DNA from: Myxococcota bacterium
GTDB lineage: Bacteria > Myxococcota_C > UBA6777
Direction of reading: 5' to 3'
DNA length: 21,880 nt
Assembly: GCA_963169055.1 (NCBI GenBank)
Contig: CAUJFU010000287.1
Location: forward strand, 1-21,880
Each line of letters starts with the position of its first letter. The stretch's first letter is position 1. Under the pieces are notes generated by a model that was not told where the DNA came from, searched no databases, and worked only from the letters and a program-made list of their open reading frames with translations. Position numbers and translations under genes: made by a program. Shown here in pieces: positions 16,563 through 21,880 of the stretch.

Positions 16563-18332
16563 TCAGTCTCGGGGGATCAGTTGGGGCTTCAGGATCACTT
16601 TGTTGTCTTTGACGGCCACATCAAACGCAACGCCAAGGCAATCGTATTGTTTGCGGAAGGTGGCCGCATTTTGGCGCAGTTTGTCCAAGAACCGCTCTTG
16701 ATCGAGCAAAGAAGTGTCTTCGCCTGTTTGTTCTTTCGCTTTGGCATAGCGTTGAAAGACTTGTTGGTAATGTACTTCGGGTTCGTGAAGGGCCATCTGA
16801 ACTTCTGGCGAAGACAGCGAAAGAGTGGCTTCGTGTTGACGAGGGATATCTTGAACGGAGGCTTCTTGGATCTCGACGACTTGGTTGTGCAGTTGAAAAA
16901 AGAGACGATTGAGTGTTGCTGCAAGCGAACCGACCGCGCCCGGGAAGCTTTCAACGAAGGCGACTTGTAGATTTCCTGTGCGGTAGATATCAAGAAGTTG
17001 TTCTTCCAGATCAAACAATTGCTTGTCTGTTTTGCCAGCCCCCGGCAACAACAACAACAGCAGCAACAACACAAACCCTACAGCCACCGACCCCATCAAG
17101 ATCAAGTTCTGCTCCAAAAAGCCTTCCCACCCAGAACGGCTCTGCAACACGGCCAACCCGATCTTTCCGCCATCCATCTTCAAAGACAGCGCGTCGTAGT
17201 TTTTGATTCCAAGCTGTACTGCATTTCCTTCTTTTTTCATCTCCAACAAAAACTTGCCCGCCGCTGAAGCAAGCAAGGTTTGAACGGACGCTTTTTCTTT
17301 GAGCGAACTCCCAAGAATCTGGCCTTTGGGCAAAAAGAATACTAATTCGACCGATGTTCCGAAGATTGGAGACTTGAGGATGTAAGCAAAGCGATCATCG
17401 ATCACAAAGGCTTGTGTGAAGATCCCCAAAAGCCTCGCAACAGCGGGAGATTGGGCAGTAGTGGCAGGAGCAGGTGTGGGCTTGTCGTCTTCCGCAGCTT
17501 GTGCAAAACGTTGTTGCAACGAGGGCATCCGCCAAGAGCTTTTGGATTTCTTTTTCGAGGCATAACAGGCACATTTCTCTTTTTGCTCAAGGCACTTCTT
17601 CTTGTTGTCGCGCTTTGCGCAGACCTTCAAGCAAGCCCAGATCTTTCCAGCAGGACAGGCTTGTTTGTCAGGTTTGCTGCTTTGTTTGCGGGGCGCGGGT
17701 TCTTCTTCCTTGTCGCCATCGCCCTCTTTTTTGCCACTGTCTTCCTCTTTTTTGTCGCCATCTCCGGCTTTTTTATCGCCATCTCCCTCTTTTTTGTCAC
17801 CCTCTCCAACTTTCGAGGCAGGCGCAGCGCTCGGGATGCCAAAAACAGGAACATGCACGAGAAGGTAGGCTTTGTCTTTGGAGACAAGCACGCCCTGCGA
17901 AGATATCCCATCCTTGGAGGCTTCGACATTATCCAAGGCGACGCCCTCAGGCGCGTTTGCGGAGAGCGCGATCACAGCGGCTTTTTCATCCGATAGCGCA
18001 GCAAAGGAGGTTCCGAGCTTTTCTGCTGCCTTTGAAGAGGCCGCACCGACAACAGAGGCGAGAAAAGCAGTCGCTTGCTTTTTACGTTCTTCTCCTTGCG
18101 CCCCAAAGATCGTGGCAAGACGGGCATCTTTGAGATGGGCCGAAGCCAAAGAGATCTGTTGCAAGCCCAAGAGTTTGATGGATTGTTGTGCGCTGCGCGC
18201 CTGCTGCTGCAAAGAAGGCTGCGCAACGTTGGCTTGATAAGCATCTAAGCCTTGTCGGAAGAAAAAGACTGCGGCTCCTGCGCCCAACAACAAAGCGAAA
18301 AAGAGCATCCAGACGATCCGCGAACGGGACAT
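16563..18332 (-). CDS. Two-TM membrane protein: periplasmic region with KKEGDGD acidic repeats and a Cys-rich basic segment, poly-Leu TM2, HAMP-like domain, ~100-aa C-terminal domain
   Basis: TM1 MLFFALLLGAGAAVFFF. Repeats GDKKEGDGDKKAGDGDKKEEDSGKKEGDGDKEEE. Cys-rich CPAGKIWACLKVCAKRDNKKKCLEQKEKCACY. TM2 LILMGSVAVGFVLLLLLLLLPG. HAMP-like LFDLEEQLLDIYRTGNLQVAFVESFPGAVGSLAATLNRLFFQL. GGAG RBS upstream. Confidence 0.7.
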   Translation of the reverse strand: MSRSRIVWMLFFALLLGAGAAVFFFRQGLDAYQANVAQPSLQQQARSAQQSIKLLGLQQISLASAHLKDARLATIFGAQGEERKKQATAFLASVVGAASSKAAEKLGTSFAALSDEKAAVIALSANAPEGVALDNVEASKDGISSQGVLVSKDKAYLLVHVPVFGIPSAAPASKVGEGDKKEGDGDKKAGDGDKKEEDSGKKEGDGDKEEEPAPRKQSSKPDKQACPAGKIWACLKVCAKRDNKKKCLEQKEKCACYASKKKSKSSWRMPSLQQRFAQAAEDDKPTPAPATTAQSPAVARLLGIFTQAFVIDDRFAYILKSPIFGTSVELVFFLPKGQILGSSLKEKASVQTLLASAAGKFLLEMKKEGNAVQLGIKNYDALSLKMDGGKIGLAVLQSRSGWEGFLEQNLILMGSVAVGFVLLLLLLLLPGAGKTDKQLFDLEEQLLDIYRTGNLQVAFVESFPGAVGSLAATLNRLFFQLHNQVVEIQEASVQDIPRQHEATLSLSSPEVQMALHEPEVHYQQVFQRYAKAKEQTGEDTSLLDQERFLDKLRQNAATFRKQYDCLGVAFDVAVKDNKVILKPQLIPRD

Positions 18333-18463
18333 GACTCCACTCCATGAACTCGCAGGGTTTGTTTTGTGGCTTCGTTACCTCCGAGGCACCGCGTTTACCT
18401 CGGAAAACGCGCCCAGCATAACGCAATGCCTCAAGAAGATCCAGTTGCAAACAAAACCACATT

Positions 18464-19258
18464 CTAAGATTTCTTCTCTTCTACAGAAGTCGCCAACGTC
18501 GATTCCTTCGACATGAAGGGCTTGAACAACTCGATAGGCAAAGGGATGATCGTATTGATGGCATTTTGCGTCGAAGCGATCTCCAAGATGGTTTGCAGAT
18601 AACGCAACTGGAGCGACATCGGGTGTTTCTCCATGATATCCGCTGCTTCGCCGAGCCTTGCGGAGGCTTGAAATTCGCCTTCTGCGTTGATCACTTTGGC
18701 CCGTCGTTCGCGCTCAGCTTCGGCTTGACGCGCCATCGCCCGCACCATCTCCGTGGGCAAGTCGACATGTTTGAGTTCGACCGTCGACACCTTGATGCCC
18801 CAAGGACCCGTCTGTTTGTCGAGGATCTCTTGCAAGCGCTCGTTGATCTTATCCCGCTCCGACAATAGATCATCCAGATCCAATTGGCCCAACACATCGC
18901 GCAATTTGGTTTGTGCCATCTGGCTTGTTGCGTAACGATAATCGACCACCGTTGTAATCGCCTTATCGGGCGCTATCACCCGATAATACACCACAGCGTT
19001 GACCTTCACGGATACGTTGTCGCGTGTGATGATGTCTTGCGTCGGAACATCCGCTGTCACCGTACGCAGATCCACACGTTCCATCGTGTCCACCATCGGA
19101 ATCAACAAGATCATTCCTGGGCCTTTGACCGCTGACAATCGACCCAAACGAAACACCACACCTCGCTCATACTCCCGCAAGATGCGAAACATCGTTGGGA
19201 TCACCATCAACAAAAATGCGGCCAAAAGGCCCAACGCCATCGAGATAGCTGGATTCAT
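18464..19258 (-). CDS. SPFH/band-7 (stomatin-like) membrane protein
   Basis: 264 aa. N-terminal TM. Conserved stomatin core ([14 protein letters not shown]...[49 protein letters not shown]...). C-terminal coiled coil with [17 protein letters not shown]. Confidence 0.9.
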   Translation of the reverse strand: MNPAISMALGLLAAFLLMVIPTMFRILREYERGVVFRLGRLSAVKGPGMILLIPMVDTMERVDLRTVTADVPTQDIITRDNVSVKVNAVVYYRVIAPDKAITTVVDYRYATSQMAQTKLRDVLGQLDLDDLLSERDKINERLQEILDKQTGPWGIKVSTVELKHVDLPTEMVRAMARQAEAERERRAKVINAEGEFQASARLGEAADIMEKHPMSLQLRYLQTILEIASTQNAINTIIPLPIELFKPFMSKESTLATSVEEKKS

Positions 19259-19296
19259 CGCGCTCTCCGTCGTTCGATCAATTAATTTAGTAAGTC

Positions 19297-20661
19297 CTAT
19301 TCGGATTTCTCAGACACTTGCTCAACATGCAACAACAACCCGTCCATCGCAACCACCCGCACACGCGATCCCTTGGCGACCTCCTGTTTTGCACGAGCAT
19401 TCCAAAGTTCCCCGTCGATAGAAACTTTGCCCTCCCCCCGAATATCGGCATACGCGAGTCCCTCACGACCCACCAAAGATCCGACTCCCGAGAAAACAGG
19501 CTTGTGGTAAGTCCGCAACACAGCCACCAACACCCCGCCCAGCAACAGCGCCATCACCAAGAGCGTCGGTACGATCATCATCAAGGATATCCGCAGATTC
19601 GGATCAGGCGAATCAATCAAAAAGATCGATCCCACCGCCAACGAGATCAGCCCCCCCAAAAACAACACCCCAAAAGTCGGCGTAAAAAGCTCGGCCACCA
19701 ACAACAACAACCCAAGCCCCATCAACGCCAATCCACCGTAATTAATCGGCAAGACCTGCATCGCAACAAACGACAAAAACAAACAGATCGCCCCAAATAC
19801 CCCGGGAAAGATCGCCCCCGGGTGATAGATCTCCATCACGATCCCCAACATCCCAAACGTCAACAAAAAGTACGCAATATTCGGGTCCGCGAAAAAGTTC
19901 ACGACGCCTTGTTTGAACGTCATCTGCTTGCGCTCGATCGGTAGTGTCCGCGTACGCAAACGAAGCTCGCGCTGCCCGACACGCACCATGCGCCCATCCA
20001 CCTTTTGCAAAAGATCTTGTGTATTTGAGGCGATCAGATCGATCACCTTCAAAGACAGCGCTTCATCCGACGTCACCGAATCGCTCTCCAAAACAGCTTT
20101 CCGCGCCCACGCCACGTTGCGTTGACGTTGTTTTGCGATGGCCGCCACAAATGCAACCGTGTCATTTTCGATCTTCTTCGCAAGATGTTTTCCGCCCGAA
20201 GCTTCGGGATCTTTGCCGCCCCCCGTCACAGGATGCGCGGCCCCAATATTCGTCCCGGGACTCATCGCCGCGATATGTCCTGCAAGCGTAATAAACACCC
20301 CTGCGCTCCCCGCACGCGCTCCTGAAGGCGTGACAAAAACCAAAACGGGGATCTCCGCGTTCAAGATCGATTTGACGATCGAACGCGTTGCTTGCAAAAA
20401 ACCTCCCGGCGTGTCCATCTCCAGCACCACCACAGCAGCCCCTTGAGACGGGGCTTTGCGGATCGCCTCGCCGATATAATCAGCGGTTCCCGCGTTGATA
20501 CTTCCCACCACAGATATCACCAACGCTTTTTGCCCCGCAGCTTCGGCAGAAGGGCGACTTGTTGCGCCAAGCAACAGATGCACCAAAGGCACAAGCCACA
20601 ACCACGCGCCCCATCGTCCAAGCGCCCGATGGCATCGCTGCCATCGCTGCCATCGCACCAT
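19297..20661 (-). CDS. NfeD-family membrane-bound ClpP-class serine protease (stomatin operon partner)
   Basis: Signal/TM, then a ClpP-like domain ([22 protein letters not shown]...[12 protein letters not shown]...[40 protein letters not shown]). Multi-TM region. C-terminal OB-fold-like domain ([17 protein letters not shown]). Track start GTG 20712 revised to ATG 20661 ([10 protein letters not shown]), with GGAGA 7 nt upstream. Confidence 0.85.
   Translation of the reverse strand: MVRWQRWQRCHRALGRWGAWLWLVPLVHLLLGATSRPSAEAAGQKALVISVVGSINAGTADYIGEAIRKAPSQGAAVVVLEMDTPGGFLQATRSIVKSILNAEIPVLVFVTPSGARAGSAGVFITLAGHIAAMSPGTNIGAAHPVTGGGKDPEASGGKHLAKKIENDTVAFVAAIAKQRQRNVAWARKAVLESDSVTSDEALSLKVIDLIASNTQDLLQKVDGRMVRVGQRELRLRTRTLPIERKQMTFKQGVVNFFADPNIAYFLLTFGMLGIVMEIYHPGAIFPGVFGAICLFLSFVAMQVLPINYGGLALMGLGLLLLVAELFTPTFGVLFLGGLISLAVGSIFLIDSPDPNLRISLMMIVPTLLVMALLLGGVLVAVLRTYHKPVFSGVGSLVGREGLAYADIRGEGKVSIDGELWNARAKQEVAKGSRVRVVAMDGLLLHVEQVSEKSE
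20633..20659. repeat. 9-bp tandem repeat (catcgctgc x2 plus an imperfect third copy) at the NfeD start
   Basis: Read from sequence. Encodes RWQ-RWQ-R at the inferred N-terminus of NfeD. Confidence 0.8.
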
Positions 20662-20784
20662 CCACCGTCTCCGCATCTTGATGATCGACACCGTTCCTCC
20701 TTGCCATCTCACCCGAAAAGCTGAAAAGCCCCACCATCAAGGCTTTACGAGAACACCTGTTTTTTGGGGCCGACTGCGTAAGCC

Positions 20785-21762
20785 CTATCCAAGCTCACTT
20801 TCCCATACATTTCGCAGCACCGACAAACATTCTTGTAAGTCTGTCCATGCGTCTTTTTTGGACATGGGGTATTTGAATAAATGCAACGGGTGGAACATCG
20901 AAAAGATCAAGTAATCCTTGCCTAGGATCTGTCTTTCGACCACATGCCCATGTAGCGACTGAAACTTCGCCTCTTTTTCTTCCTGCAGCACTTGTGCGGC
21001 CTTTACGCCCAAGGTCACGATCAGATCGGGCTGGATCACATCGATCTTTTCATGCAACATCGGCGTATAATCCTGCAACTGCTCCCACGAAGGGTTGAAG
21101 ATGCCCGTTGCCTCTGATTTTTCCTCAAACATCGGTCGGCACGTGACGATCGGCGTAATGTACGCTTCCGCAGCCCGCAATCCCACCGATCGCATCATAC
21201 CTTCTAAGATGCGCCCTGCCCTGCCCTGCAAAGGTTGCCCGCGCAGATCTTCCTCGATGTTGGGGCCTTCATACACCCACATCAGACGCGCATCCACAGG
21301 ACCACGCCCCAAGACCTGTTGTTTGCAACTCAACCGTTGGCGCACACAAGCCTCACAGCGCGGTAAGCGCGCATGGATCGCATCCAGACGCTGTTGGCGT
21401 TCGGCGTGTTCTTGTTGCGAGATCTTGCGCAATGTCGAAAAGGTGATCGGTCGCAGATCTACAAACCTATTTGGGACCTGCGAGGCCACCGTTCGCTGCG
21501 AAGGCATCGCAGTATCCGATGACGGACGGCGAACCGAGCCATTTGTCGGCAATGGCTCGGAAGGATGGCCGCTTTCGGCTTCTTGTCGCCCCGTCAACGC
21601 AAGACGCTGCTCCGACAGAGACGGGAACTGTAGTGCGTTCTTCTGCTCGTTTGTCGGGCTTTGGGAAGAGAGCGGAACAGAAGTCGCTCCCCCCGCAGAA
21701 GTTTCCTTGATGCGCTTTTCTTCCGCTCCATCCGCAGAGAACGAAAGGCTCGCGATGCGCAA
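20785..21762 (-). CDS. Family-4 uracil-DNA glycosylase (UdgA-type, Fe-S) with a long low-complexity N-terminal extension
   Basis: C-terminal half carries the family-4 motif VYEGPNIEEDLRGQPLQGRAGRILEGMM (GE[AG]PG..ED..G.PFVG.AG..L) and HPLHLF near the C-terminus. Cysteines (CEACVRQRLSC) are consistent with the Fe-S ligand region. The first ~130 aa are S/P/Q-rich. The true start is uncertain; the reading frame may extend toward the window edge. Confidence 0.65.
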   Translation of the reverse strand: MRIASLSFSADGAEEKRIKETSAGGATSVPLSSQSPTNEQKNALQFPSLSEQRLALTGRQEAESGHPSEPLPTNGSVRRPSSDTAMPSQRTVASQVPNRFVDLRPITFSTLRKISQQEHAERQQRLDAIHARLPRCEACVRQRLSCKQQVLGRGPVDARLMWVYEGPNIEEDLRGQPLQGRAGRILEGMMRSVGLRAAEAYITPIVTCRPMFEEKSEATGIFNPSWEQLQDYTPMLHEKIDVIQPDLIVTLGVKAAQVLQEEKEAKFQSLHGHVVERQILGKDYLIFSMFHPLHLFKYPMSKKDAWTDLQECLSVLRNVWESELG

Positions 21763-21796
21763 AGAAGGCAGTGACGCGGGGATATCTTGAGCAAGC

Positions 21797-21855
21797 GGAG
21801 ATATCTGCGGTGTTTGCGAACGAACGGAAGATATCTGCGGTATTTGCGAACGAAT
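21797..21855. repeat. Two ~29-bp direct repeats (GGAGATATCTGCGGTGTTTGCGAACGAAC / GGAAGATATCTGCGGTATTTGCGAACGAAT) upstream of the UDG gene
   Basis: Read from sequence. Each unit contains the palindromic GATATC core. Located 35-90 bp upstream of the first Met of the UDG ORF. Confidence 0.8.
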
Positions 21856-21880
21856 GCGCGAAACGGGGCGCGCTGAAGCC

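Noticed and set aside
16998-18133. + strand ORFs with poly-Gln (QQQQQQQ) and Cys/Arg-rich sequence antisense to the HAMP membrane-protein gene
   Set aside because: The poly-Q is the reverse-complement reading of the poly-Leu TM helix codons. The ORFs are antisense artefacts.

Overview
High-GC bacterial chromosomal window; the gene order and protein features suggest a delta-proteobacterial/Myxococcota-like lineage, with low certainty. The first ~7 kb (minus strand) carries a conserved F1Fo ATP synthase operon lacking atpB/atpE: atpF'-atpF-atpH-atpA-atpG-atpD-atpC. Then come uvrB (+), an FHA-domain protein with a long Pro/Gly-rich linker (+), and two hypothetical membrane proteins. The standout is a 961-aa protein (minus, 11883..14768) with clear end-to-end similarity to the eukaryotic major vault protein (MVP): repeat region, SPFH-like shoulder, cap-helix coiled coil and cap-ring. 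An inverted-repeat plus T-tract element and a repeat-containing hypothetical membrane protein lie downstream of it; a TPR/4-TM membrane protein is transcribed divergently. Further on the minus strand: an NrdG-like radical-SAM activase, a two-TM HAMP-domain membrane protein with Cys-rich and KKEGDGD repeat segments, a stomatin/SPFH–NfeD pair, and a family-4 uracil-DNA glycosylase with a long N-terminal extension. I found no rRNA/tRNA, CRISPR array, transposase or integrase. ORF-track coordinates include the stop codon, and several track starts are alternative-start or shadow artefacts; I revised starts where RBS evidence allowed. The 5' ~440 bp has no convincing CDS but contains an intrinsic terminator and two perfect GC-rich palindromes.
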